The position numbers and the translations under genes are program-made. DNA of 64,000 nucleotides from Octopus sinensis (lineage: Eukaryota), in contig NC_043021.1 in the NCBI RefSeq assembly GCF_006345805.1, positions 14,446,001 to 14,510,000 of the forward strand, given 5' to 3'. The notes below the pieces were generated by a model that did no database searches, had not been told where the DNA came from, and saw only the letters and a list, made by a program, of their open reading frames with translations. Below are positions 12,861-24,534 of this stretch, piece by piece (within the stretch, counting starts at the first letter, position 1; each line of letters begins with the position of its first letter).

Positions 12861-13619
12861 GTCATTTTTTTCTTTTTAGTTGTAGTGCACCTGAGCACTG
12901 TATACAACAATTTCCTTCATCATTATATATGTGTGTGTGTTGACTTTCTGTGCAACATTTTATGGCCGTTACTCAATGTAATGTCACACACCCACTTCTG
13001 TTCCCACTCAGTGGTACCCTACACAGTGTTCAATATCTGGTGCAAGACTGTCTCTCCTTTCTATCTATTTCTCTATCCTTCTCCTCTCCCCTCTATCTAC
13101 CTGCTGCTTTTCTCTCGTTACTGCCTTCTATTTCTTCCTCTGTCCATCTCTGTCAACTACCTACTGTCTATCTTTATTCCCTTCTTTCTCCACACTCTCT
13201 CTTTCTTCCTACTTGCTCTTCCCTAACCTTCTCTACTCTCTTTTTTCACTTTTTTGGTACCAAAAGACAATCCAATTTTTTATCACTCATCGTTTTTCTA
13301 CTTCACCAGTGCATAGGTAAGGCATCATTGTTTAATGTCCATTTTCCATGCTGGCATAGGTTGAACGGTTCGACTGGGGCCTGGGAAGCCAAGAGGCTGC
13401 ACCAGGCTCCAGTCTGATCTGGCAGTGTTTCTACAGTTGGATGCCCTTCCTAACGCCAACCACTCTTACTGCTTATGTTAGCTCTGCTTGATACATTTCC
13501 AAAATTAAACATTTTAATATGCAAAATATACTTCACATTATTACATATACTATGCATTAATGCAAAAAATATTATGTTTATTGGCTATCTTCAAAATGAT
13601 CACACCATCAATGGAAAAT

Positions 13620-14000
13620 TTCAATGCCAACTTCCTAAGGCAGTTATGAAAGGCTATCAAGACCAAACACCCAGAAAAACTGATGAATGGGGTTTTGTTT
13701 CATTAGGACAATGCTTCAGCACACAAGTCCTTGGTTTCAACGGCTGCTGTGTGTGACTGGCTTTGAACTGGTTGATCACTTTCCCTATATTAGTGATTTG
13801 GTTCCTTCTGGTTATCATCTGTTTCCCAACATAGAAAAACACTCAGCTGAGCTCCAGTATCACTATGATGAGAACATCTTATCTGTTGTTGATGACCATT
13901 TTGATCAACAGAAAAGCTTCTTCACCAGTGCGATCCAAGCACTGCAACTACTTATGGAAGTGTGTGGACAGTAAGAGGAACTATGTTAGAAAATGAACTT
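13620..14000 (+). mobile_element. Mariner transposase relic (catalytic C-terminus)
   Basis: GFELVDHFPYISDLVPSGYHLFPN (cf. mariner YSPDLAPSDY motif) ...DDHFDQQKSFFTSAIQAL; frameshifted. Confidence 0.75.
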
Positions 14001-14324
14001 CATTTGGTAACATTCCATTGAGAGTGTCTTGCTCAGATTATGAACGATTCAACCAACCCACATAATAATAAAAATTATTATTATACCTGCATTTGTTTTA
14101 ATGCTAACATTGGAAAAAATCCACATTTTTCATTAAAAAAATTAGGACCTGGGTTTGCACCCCCTAAGCAAATTTTGTTGCTTGTGCCACCTCAGGGCTT
14201 GTGAATGGATTTGGTAGACAGAAACAAATAGCAGCCTATCGCGTTTGTGTGTGTGCACGCGCGCGAGTATTTCTCCCAACACTGCTTGACAATCAATGTT
14301 AGTTTTCTAAAGTCCCCGTAACCT

Positions 14325-14685
14325 ATTTCTTTACTACCCACGAGGGGCTAAACACAGAGAGGACAAACAAACGGATTAAGTCGATTACATCGACCCCAGT
14401 GCGTAACTGGTACTTAATTTATCGGCCCCGAAAGGATGAAAGGCAAAGTCGACCTCGGCGGAATTTGAACTCACAACAACGGCAGACGAAATACCTATTT
14501 CTTTATTACCCACAAGGGGCTAAACACAGGACAGACATAGGTATTAAGTCGATTACATCGACCCCAGTGCGTAACTGGTACTTAATTTATCGACCCCGAA
14601 AGGATGAAAGGCAAAGTCGACCTCGGCGGAATTTGAACTCACAACAACGGCAGACGAAATACGCTTCTGCCAGCTTGCCGCGTAG
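14325..14685 (-). mobile_element. S1 SINE dimer
   Basis: Two near-identical S1 bodies with the invariant junction at ~14490-14510. Confidence 0.8.
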
Positions 14686-15040
14686 GTCCCCGTAACATAT
14701 CATTTTGGTAACAGAGGCTAAAAGAATAAGTATCGCTTAAAAATTAAGCGCTGGGGTTGATTTGTTACACTCAACAACTTCGAAGCAGTGTCCCTACCAT
14801 CGCCATAATCTAATGATAGAAACAAATAAAGATAGAATATGACAGAATATACAACTAAGCCTCTCAGCTGGCTCGAAATAGCAGTCAAATCATCCTCAAA
14901 TTACAATGCCTTAAAAAAGAACGGAAAACTGGGAGACAGAAACGAAATAGCTGTGGTTATAACGCATTCGGTGACATGAGAACGACCTAGGGCTAAAAAG
15001 ACAACATAAACAACTATTAGTACACGCTCAACGTTCTAAT

Positions 15041-15110
15041 CACGTGAGTATCTAATCCGGCGTTTTGATTGGCTGGTTTTTCTGATTGGTTCGATTTAAA
15101 CGAAGCGCGG
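15041..15110 (+). promoter_or_regulatory. Putative promoter of the kinesin-6 gene (E-box, two inverted CCAAT boxes, CHR-like TTTAAA)
   Basis: CACGTG 15041-46; ATTGG 15068-72 and 15085-89; TTTAAA 15095-15100; gcgcgg 15105-10; locally CpG-enriched, non-repetitive sequence. Confidence 0.55.
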
Positions 15111-15298
15111 CTAAACTTTTATTTGGATTTCTGTTTATTTTTTCCTTGTTAAAAAAAAAAGATATTCGCTAACAAAGTTGTTTGTTTTTTTACATTAATT
15201 CACTATTTTTTCACTCGTTTTGGTTTTTTTTTCCCCCTACAAAACTCATCAATTCGTGATATTTCTTCATCAAACTGACACGTTAAAGTACTAATTAG
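15111..15298 (+). other. Probable non-coding exon 1 of the kinesin-6 gene (5' end uncertain)
   Basis: Consensus donor AG|GTGAGT at 15298/15299. Splicing to the acceptor at 20238 places an in-frame TGA 10 codons upstream of ATG 20249. Confidence 0.5.
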
Positions 15299-15807
15299 GT
15301 GAGTAACTTCGGAAGTTTTCCTTCATATTTATTCCATTAGCACAAGTTTTAACGTCTAAACCAATTATATATATACAAGCATCTCGAAATGTAAGTAGCC
15401 TCTGTCATTTTTGAAAGAATTATTTCTAGAAATAAATGTCATTTAATGCATTTGAATACTTAATCTAGTATTTAGTAGACATTCCTTGTACTATTTTCAA
15501 TGGCTTGACCCGTTTCATACCAGTTATTTAAGTAAATTTAGTTTGAAAAAGTTAACGGCTATCTCTTAACGTGAATGTAGAGCAAATGATTATATTTTCG
15601 GTGTATTCAAAGCACTTTCTTTTAAAACCTTAATTTAAGTATAGGTCCACTAGGTTCGATATTGTATATCCAAATATACAAGGCTGAAATGTATTATCCT
15701 ATATAATGTATATTGCTAGTATTTTTTTTTTATTACTAATTATTATGGTTTTTATTATCAATTCTTACTTTGGTAGCACTTGAGTTGTTCGCATATATTC
15801 TACTCTT

Positions 15808-16000
15808 GCTTAGCGGTATTTCGTCTGTCGTTACGTTCTGAGTTCAAATTCCGCCGAGGTCAACTTTGCCTTTCATCCTTTTGGGGTCGATAAATAAAGT
15901 ACCAGTTTCGCACTGGGGGGCGATATAATCGACTCAATCCCTTCGTCTGTCCTTGTTTGTCCCCTCTATGTTTAGCCCCTTGTGGGCAGTAAAGAAATAT
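15808..16000 (+). mobile_element. S1 SINE
   Basis: gcttagcggtatttcgtctg...gtaaagaaata. Confidence 0.8.
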
Positions 16001-16147
16001 ATATTCTACCCTCTCACGAAATACTTAATTTATATATATATATATTCATATACGTATATATATTTGGGTAAATTTACCTATATGTAATGCGAGCATGTTC
16101 TTAGTTATAAAAGATTGTGCGTGCGTGCATATATATATATATATATA

Positions 16148-16350
16148 TTTATAACGGAGCAAGTGATTTGATCTGAGATCGTGTTCTGAAACGAAAACAA
16201 TTGCAGCGTGGAAGGGTGTTTGTAAGCCATTTAAGAAACACACAAAAGCCATTCGATTCACTTCAACATTTAAGTTTAATTTGTCAAAATATTTTCGTCG
16301 CTTTAAGGACCGCGACCTGTTCACTGACAAAAATCCGTGCTGCATCTAAG
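16148..16350 (-). mobile_element. Candidate Penelope-like element terminal fragment abutting (TA)n
   Basis: Non-coding segment next to a TA microsatellite and carrying a minimal hammerhead fold; the PLE assignment is inference. Confidence 0.4.
16280..16331 (-). ncRNA. Candidate minimal type I hammerhead ribozyme (G3-C8 core variant)
   Basis: - strand: TTTGTCA GTGAACA G GTCGC ggtccttaaa GCGAC GAA AATATT T TGACAAA = stem I / core / stem II / GAA / palindromic stem III / U17 / stem I. Confidence 0.55.
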
Positions 16351-16745
16351 CAGTATACATACATCTCCCACTGTATATCAACACTGATAAATCTTGGTAG
16401 TGTTTATATAAAACTGAAATTTACATTTCATGTGAAAATGGCGCAATTCATAGAACAAGACGAAGCACCTCCTTCACCCGACTTTTGGTTCCACTCACGC
16501 TAGTGTCAGTCCACATGCCATTTGTATTTTTCTTTATAGCTGATGTGTCAGCATTTAAATGAATGACTGTATTACAATGCAAATAACTTACAAATATTGT
16601 AACGGCGTGAAACCATTTATGTTTTAAAAAAATTAGATGTGATGAAATGTGACTAAGTGGAATGAAATTTGAAATTTACTGTTATTTTAAAATGAAAAGA
16701 CGGTTTGACATGTTGACAAAAGAAAGGAAATATAAATAGGATATC

Positions 16746-16950
16746 TCTTTACTCTTTTACTCGTTTCAAGTCATTTGACTGCGGCCATGCTGGAGCACCG
16801 CCTTTTAATCGAGCAACTCGACCCTGGGAGTTATTCTTTTGTAAGCCCAGTACTTATGTTATCGGTCTCTTTTGCCGAACCGCTAAGTAACGGGGACATA
16901 AACACACCAGCATCGGTTGTGAAGCAATGCTAGGGGGACAAACACACGCA

Positions 16951-17001
<51 letters not shown>

Positions 17002-17165
17002 GACGGGCTCCTTTTCAGTTTCCGTCTACCAAATCCACTCACAAGGCTTTGGTCGGCCCGAGGCCATAGTAGAAGACACTTGCCCAAGGTGCCACGCAGT
17101 GGGACTGAACCCGGAACCATGTGATTAGTAAACAAGCTACTTACCACACAGCCACTCCTGCGCCT
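16746..17165 (-). mobile_element. Full-length S2 SINE
   Basis: Complete head (aggcgcaggagtggctgtgtggtaag on - strand) to (ctctttta)n tail. Confidence 0.85.
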
Positions 17166-17238
17166 ATCTCTATTATTTTTTAAAATCAGAATTTGTTTTG
17201 TTTTTTCGCGTAACATTGCAGCAATTAGTTAAGCAACT

Positions 17239-17379
17239 CGATCTTTTCCTTTTGAATGGCAGCATTTTCTCACGCCAAAAATAGTTTTATTTTGACACAT
17301 TCTACCAGTATACGAAGTTTAAAAGTGTTTAGTTTACTAGAAATTGTGTTGAAAACTGCCGTTCAAAAGGAAAAGATCC
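17239..17379. mobile_element. GGATC...GATCC MITE with 8-bp TSD
   Basis: TIR gatcttttccttttgaa; TSD AAGCAACT at 17231-38 and 17380-87. Confidence 0.85.
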
Positions 17380-17583
17380 AAGCAACTTTGTTTCCATTCA
17401 AATTCCGCCGATGTGGTCTATGCCTTTCACATTTCAAAAGTTGATGAATATAAAGTACAGGGCCTGGTTCTTCCCTAATCGACTGTAACTTTTCTTGTGC
17501 TTTGTTGGAAACCTGGTGCATTCCAATATAATAAAATTGAAAATTATGTAGGGCACAAAAAAAAAAAAAAAAAATTCGAGTAT

Positions 17584-17950
17584 GTAGGAGTAGCTGTGTG
17601 ATAAGTAGGTTGTTTACCAACCACATGGTTTCGGGTTCAGTCCCACTGCGTGGCACCTTGGGCAAGTGTCTTCTATTAGCCTCGGGCCGACCAAAGCCTT
17701 GTGAATGGATTTTGGTAGACGGAAAATGAAAAGAAGGCCGTCGTATGTGTCTGTGCTTGTCCCTCCAACATCGCATGATAACCGATGGTGGTGTGTTTAC
17801 GTCCCCGTAATCTAGCAGTTCGGCAAAAGAGACCGATAGAATAAGTACTAGGCTTACAAAGAGTAATCTCTGAGGGGGGAGGGATTTGCTCGACTAAAGG
17901 CGGTGCTCCAGCATGGCCGCAGTCAAATGACTGAAACAAGTAAAAGAGTA
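17584..17950 (+). mobile_element. Full-length S2 SINE
   Basis: gtaggagtagctgtgtg...aaacaagtaaaagagta. Confidence 0.85.
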
Positions 17951-18220
17951 TAATACCAATCTGCAAAAGAAAGATCGGTAAATCAATGAGGAGTGAGGTG
18001 GAATTTTATCGTTTTTCTTAAACTTTTTTTTTCTTGGATTTATGTTACCTGTAATTTCGAGAAATAATATCAAATATATGAAGCAAACTGAAAATAGCAT
18101 TTTGTTTTTTGTTTTTTCTCAAAAGAAAGTCAAAAATTTACAGAAAGGCCCAAGGCAAAAATCCCCTCATCTTCACACACACACACACAAGAGTGGGTGC
18201 TGAAAAGTTCCTGGCTTTAA

Positions 18221-18434
18221 CCCTTTTAGTGTTCTGATTATTCTATCAAACATAATGCCTATTGATTCCCATTGATTTGAATTAATCATGCATTATCTCA
18301 TATCTTCAAGATCTTGATGGTGTAATTACTTAATGTAGAATAAATAACATTGTAGGGTAGGTGTGAGAGCCTGGATCTGGTCAGTTTGAACATAAAACAG
18401 ATTAGCTATTATGGCCGGTTTAAATACTAAAGGA
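18221..18434. mobile_element. piggyBac-type MITE family B inserted in a mariner-derived MITE
   Basis: TTAA-CCCTTTTAGT...ACTAAAGGA-TTAA; flanked by gtgctgaaaagttcctggc and gggcattgcg...caataagtgtgtgaatctgagggg. Confidence 0.75.
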
Positions 18435-19044
18435 TTAAGGGCATTGCGAAGGGCTGTTGCAATAAGTGTGTGAATCTGAGGGGAATATGTTGAGTAAAAT
18501 CATAATTAACTGATCCTCCTGTGGAGCATCATTGTGGTTGTTTGAACTTCGAATCATCATTGTTTAACGTTCGCTTTCCATGCTAGCATGGGTTGGACGA
18601 TTTGACTGAGTACTGGTGAATCAGATGGCTGCACCAGGCTCCAATCTGATCTGGCAGAGTCTCTACAGCTGGATGCCCTTCCTAACGCTAACCACTCCGA
18701 GAGTGTAGTGGGTGCTTTTATGTGCCACCTGCACAGGAGTCAGTCCAGCGGCACTGGCAACGACCTATGATGGGCTTCTTTAAGTTTCTGTCTACCAGAT
18801 CCACTCACAGGGCTTTGGTTGGCCCGAGGCTATAATAGAAGACACTTGCCTAAGGTGTCATGCAGTGGGACTGAACCTGGAACCATGTGGTTCGTAAGCA
18901 AGCTACTTACCACACAGCCCCTCCTACTTCTATAGATTCCAGAATTAGTTGAATACTGGACAAAATTTCTTCACATTTTCGGTTCAGATCATAAGCGTGA
19001 CATATCTCCTACCCCACTTCCTTCATACTTACCCTATTACTGAT

Positions 19045-19402
19045 TTAGCTTGTTTACCAACCACATGGTTCAGTCCCACTGCGTGGCACCTTGGGCAAGT
19101 GTCTTCTACTATAGCCTCAGGCCGACCAAAGCCTTGTGAGTGGATTTGGTAGACGGAAACTGAAAGAAGCCCGTTGTATATATATATATATGTATGTGCG
19201 TGTATGTTTGTGTGTCTGTGTTTGTTCCCCTAGCATTGCTTGACAACCGGTGCTGTATGTCCCCGTCACTTAGCGGTTCGGCAAAAGAGACCGATAGAAT
19301 AAGTACTGGGCTTACAAAGAATAAGCCCCGGGGTCGAGTTGCTCGAGTAAAGGCGGTGCTCCAGCATGGCCGTAGTCAAAATGACTGAAACAAGTAAAAA
19401 GA
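19045..19402 (+). mobile_element. S2 SINE
   Basis: Family match. Confidence 0.8.
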
Positions 19403-20203
19403 AAAAGATTCCGGGTCTCCAAGGGTCCTAAGTCTATTGTATTGATCCCAGTCTTGACTAGATGAAAACTGACTAGCCCATGATCATTTAATGTCTGTCT
19501 TCCATGCTGGCATGTGTTAGATGGTTTCACAGGCGCTGGCAAGCTAGAGAGCTGCACCAGGCTCCACTTGTCTGTTTTGGCAAGGTTTCTATGGCTGGAT
19601 GCCCTTCTCTGGTGCCAACCACCTTGCAGAGTCTACTGGGTGCTTCTTATGTGACACTGGCACAGATTTGTATATATGGATCTGTATGTTTGTGTGTGGT
19701 TGTCATTCATTTCCAAGTGTTCTGGCCTTGGGGAAATATTACCTTGCTTGGAAGCGGGTAAGGGTTGGCGACAGGAAGGGCTCCCAGCTGTAGAAAATTG
19801 GCCTCAATAAGCTTGGTTCACCTGATGCAAGCATGGAAAAGTGTATATTAAAATGATCGTGGTAGCAGTTACCCCACCATCACATTACTCAACGTACACA
19901 CTCTTGGGTTGTAATATACAATTATAAAATGTCCCCAAGGACAAAAGTTACCAACCTCCACCTCTACCCCTTGTGACATTTTTCTGCAGCTTGTCCATTT
20001 CCTCTCATACACTGACTTTTTATTCATTTGAATAACAATCAGGAGTCTATGAAACCTCCCACACCTGAGGGCAGTGCTCCAGCATGGCCACAGTCAAATG
20101 ACTGAAACAATTAAGAGCTGGAAGGACATCTGGCTATAGAAAATCTTCAACAACTCTCATCTGACCCACACTAGCATGGGAGTACTGAAAATTTTTTTAA
20201 ATG

Positions 20204-20234
<31 letters not shown>

Positions 20235-20248
20235 TCAGAATTTTCATT

Positions 20249-20434
20249 ATGACGAGTAGAGAAACAATTTTGTCATCGGGGGATGCGGAAGATGAGGACA
20301 AGGACAAGGTAGATGGTCTGCGTAAAAACTTACTCGATGAATTTTACAGCGAAACTAATGACAACTTTGAAAAGCTAAAGGTCTATTTGAGAGTTCGACC
20401 ATTCACACCTGAGGAACAACAGAACAAATATCGG
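20249..20434 (+). CDS. KIF20A: Kinesin-6 (KIF20A/B-like) coding exon 1
   Basis: Long poly-T acceptor ..cag 20238; MTSRETIL...KLKVYLRVRPF (motor beta1 motif); donor CGG|gtgaga; phase 0. Confidence 0.9.
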
Positions 20435-20905
20435 GTGAGATTGAGATAAAGGCTGATGTGTGTGGGTGGTCTTTAAAGTTGGAAATCCATGTGTATATAT
20501 ATATATGTGTGTGTGTGTACATATACATACACAGATACAAATGCACATATATGTATGTGTATTTGTGTGTGTGTATATATATATGGCTGTGTGGTAAGTA
20601 GCTTGCTTACCAGCCACATGGTTCTGGGTTCAGTCCCACTGCGTGGCATCTTTGGCAAGTGTCTTCTACTATAGCCCTTTCTGATACCAACTGCTTTGCA
20701 TACATGTGTGTGTGTGTTGCATGATGTCTAGTCACGGGGGGAAAATATTCCCTTGTTTTGAAGTGAGGGTTATTGATAGAAGGGCAGTCGGTCATAGAAA
20801 ATCAGCCTCAACAAAACTCCTTCTGACCCATTCAAGCACGGGAAAGTGGATGTTAAACTGCTGATGATGCCTTCTTTTCATTAAACTTTTTCTTACATCT
20901 TCTAG

Positions 20906-21161
20906 AGCTGTCTGACAATCTGTGGCAAGACGGTCACAGCTTGGGCCCCAAAGGATTCCAACACGTACAAAAGCAACACTTACACTACCAACAAGAATGT
21001 TCAGACATTCAAGTTCTCAAGAATTTTCGATGAACAGACATCACAGAGCGACTTTTACAGCGAAACCTGTCAGGGACTCGTGAAGAACTTCCTCAATGGA
21101 CAGAACTGCCTCATGTTTGCTTATGGAGTAACCAACTCGGGCAAGACATACACAATACAAG
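20906..21161 (+). CDS. KIF20A: Kinesin-6 coding exon 2 (P-loop)
   Basis: FKFSRIFDEQTSQ...FAYGVTNSGKTYTIQG; GxTNSGKT is the KIF20 form of the P-loop; ttctag| and G|gtattc; phase 0 to 1. Missed by the ORF track. Confidence 0.95.
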
Positions 21162-21364
21162 GTATTCAATCTTTTATCTTTTACTTGTTTCACTCATAAT
21201 GCTGGGGCGCCACCTTAAAGTTGTTAGTTGAATGAATGGCCCTGGTACTTTGTTGGTTTCTTTTCAGTTTCTGTCTACCTTAATCCACTCACAAGGCTCT
21301 GGTTGGTCCAATGTGCCACAGAGAGGGGCTTAACCTGTAGCCGTGTTGGCAAGCAAGCTTCTTA

Positions 21365-21583
21365 TTTCTTTATTGCTCACAAGGGGCTAAACATAGAGGG
21401 GACAAACAAGGACAGACAAAGGGATTAAATCAATTACATCAACCCCCAGTGCGTAACTGGTACTTAATTTATCAACCCTGAAAGGCAAAGTCAACCTCGG
21501 CGGAATTTGAACTCAGAACATAGATGAAAAACTGCTAAGCATTTCGCCTGGCGTGCTAACGTTTCTGCCAACTCATCACCTTA
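21365..21583 (-). mobile_element. S1 SINE
   Basis: Family match. Confidence 0.75.
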
Positions 21584-23116
21584 TGTGGTAAGAAGCAAGC
21601 TTCTTACCACACAGCTGTGCCTATGAAATATGTAATAATTTATTACCCATATCATATATACAATACATGAAAAAGGGTAAAGATTCCCTTTGGTCTTGAA
21701 TGACCCAAGGGACTGCACATTAGAAAGTTTCCCTCCCAGGCTCAAGTCTGGACAAGGTTGTTTATGGAAGACCAGTAGTTGCCCATGCATGCCAGCCTCT
21801 CCTCAATGTTATCTCAGGGAAAGACAAAGGCCAATACATCTTGGCACCAGTGACATCGCAACTCATTTCTACAGCTGATTAAGCTGGAGCAATGTGAAAA
21901 TAAAGTGTCTTGCTCAAGAACGCAGCACACAGCCTGGTCTGGGAATCGAACTCACTGCCTCGTGTTTGTGAGCCAAACACTCGAACCGCTTAGCCATATA
22001 ATGCAAAAGCATCCTGTGGTCTGCAATAGTCAGTAAAATAGAAATAAAATTTTTTTCATTTCTTCCCTCTGTGTGGTATGATACTAGATGATTCATGGTC
22101 AGGCACTGGTCTATGGCCCAGTGGTTGGGGATCTCCACTCTTTAGCCAAAACTTGAAAACAACATTCAGTTAAAGGCCAGCAATTTTGGGGGTGGGGTGG
22201 GGGGGTAAGTCAATTATATCAACCCCAGCGTTTCATTGTTACTCATTTTATTAATTCCGATAGGATGAAAGGCAAAGTCAACCTCACCGGAATTTGACTC
22301 AGAACGTAAAAGACACATAGAATGCCCACTAAGCACTTTTTCTCTTGTGCTGATGGTTCTTATTTCTTTACTGCCCACAAGGGGCTACATACAGAGGGGA
22401 CAAACAATGACCCCAGTACTCAACTGGTACTTATTTCATCGACTTCGAAAGGATGAAAGGCAAAGTCGACCTCGATGGAATTTGAACTCCGAACATAACA
22501 GCAGATGAAATACTGTTAAGCATTTTGCCTGGCGTGCTAATGGTTCTGCCAGCTCGCCGCTTTATGTGTGCTGAGGATTCTGCCAGCTTCTTGCTCTTAA
22601 CTGAATATTAAATGGTTTAATATTTTGGAAGTGTTTGAAAATAATCGTTTTCTTATTTTTTTGTACAAATTTATTATCATTTCATTCGGTCCACTCAGCT
22701 GGCAAAAATGAGTAGTACCAGTAATTCAAAGGGCCAGCCTTGTGTCACGCTGAATCTCCCTGAGAACTACGTTAAGGATTATTTATATAGGACAGATAAG
22801 TATTGCCACCTTATTGTTACTACAACATTTCAGCTGGTGTACTCTGCAGCCTTCATCAGGTGTCTTGGTGGAATTTTGAACCCAACCCTTTATTTGACTA
22901 ATGGGGTACTCTGTAGAGCAGTATTACATTAAGGGTAAACGTACATGTCTGTGGAGTACTCAACCACTTGTGCCTTAATTTCACAAGCAGGCGGTTCCGT
23001 TGATCGGATCAACTGAAGCCCTTGTCAACATAACCAGCAGAGTGCCGGCTGTTGTTATACCATTTCGTCGTTTATTCTCTCAGCGAAAATATCATATTCT
23101 TTGTTTGCTGTTTCAG

Positions 23117-23304
23117 GTACACCGAAAGAACCAGGTATATTACCTCGTACGCTTGAGACAATATTCAGCCACATCTCCGGTAAACTGTGGCACGGTCTCG
23201 ACCTAAAACCAAAAATGTATTTAGACGTCATAAAACTATCGCCCACCTTTGAAGCCGATGAAAAACAAAGAAAAGAAGAACTTTTGCGGTTAGCTTCTTT
23301 TGAT
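23117..23304 (+). CDS. KIF20A: Kinesin-6 coding exon 3
   Basis: (G)TPKEPGILPRTLETIF...DLKPK...; tttcag| and GAT|gtgagt; phase 1 to 0. Confidence 0.95.
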
Positions 23305-23355
23305 GTGAGTTGTTTACTGTATTACTTTCTGAATTTTCCATCTTTCATCGTTTAA

Positions 23356-23575
23356 CCCTTTTGTTACTAACCCGGCCGAAACCGGCTCTGGCTCTGTGGT
23401 AAAATGTTTTGTTTTCAAAAGTTTTGAATTAAAATATTCCACCAAACCTTAGTCACAATTTATGTTCCTAACACTAGCCTAATGATAACTAAGTTATTTT
23501 ACTAAATTCTTTGTTACATGTAAAATAATTGAAAGAAACACAGAGCATCTCCAAATAAATACAGTAACGAAAGGG
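23356..23575. mobile_element. piggyBac-type MITE family A
   Basis: TTAA-CCCTTTTGTTACT...AGTAACGAAAGGG-TTAA. Confidence 0.85.
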
Positions 23576-23639
23576 TTAATTTAAAATATCTTGGTGTGGT
23601 CAAGTGGTCAGTAAGTGAAATATGTATTTTATCCCGTTT

Positions 23640-23758
23640 TCATCTAACTGCAGTTCTTTTGTACCATGCTGGGATATAAAGGCACTTGAAATGAGAGGTG
23701 TCAAATATCTTGACTTTGTAGTGATATTACTACTAATGCAGTAATATTAAATCCATTT
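23640..23758 (+). pseudogene. Decayed duplicate of the 24535-24599 exon and its upstream intron
   Basis: ttcatct..ttcttttgtacc.tgc.gggatataaaggcactt..gtgtcaaata.cttgac..taatgcagt aligns to 24506-24617; the acceptor AG and donor GT are lost. Confidence 0.5.
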
Positions 23759-23780
23759 GTTCACATGAATCTTACATATG

Positions 23781-24489
23781 CAGTAAGGTCTCGATATATG
23801 AGTTAATTTGTTCCCGGAGACTGCTCGTAACGCAAAAACTTGTAAAGCAGAGCAATGATTTCCCATAATAGCAATGTTATAAATTGCATCTTGTTCTCAG
23901 AAAAATATTTTACCTATAAAATTTACAATACTCGTAAATAAATGGCAATAAAACAACAGTGGAATGTAAAGAATATTTTATGTAAAGTAAAAATGTGAAG
24001 ATCATATATAATAAAAAGAAAAATATAATCGTTTTCTGAATCACTTTCACTCACACTTGGACATGCACTCATCACTTGTAGACGCAATCGCCAATTCACA
24101 AGCACTTGTAGACAGACCTGATTTCTTTTTAAAAAACAAGTTTAGAGTTTGCTTTTTTTTTTATTTTTATTCTTTTCCCCCTACTCTCAGAACCTGTATT
24201 GTTACATGTTGCAACGTTGCTGCATACACAAAATTTCGTTTTTGGATTTGGTTTGCTAGATTCTTTATGTCAGTTTGTGTGTTGAAGCATATTCTGTTGT
24301 GTGTGGGGAGAGTCATTTTCTTTTTGTGCCTTATAATTTAACACACTCACCGGTAAAATTTCCGCTTTTTTTCTTATTTTTATTTTCGTTGCGTCTTGCA
24401 GCCTTTTCAATAGTCTTGACTCTCTAAAAATAAAATTTGTAAATCCGGTACTTGAATAAAGCCAGTACTTGAAAAGTGAGGTTTTACTG
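23781..24489. mobile_element. Tigger/pogo-like DNA transposon relic
   Basis: Ends cagtaaggtctcg... and ...gtgaggttttactg-TA; interior degenerate. Confidence 0.45.
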
Positions 24490-24534
24490 TATTTTACAAC
24501 CTGTATTCATCTGATTTCTTTTGTACCTTGCCAG

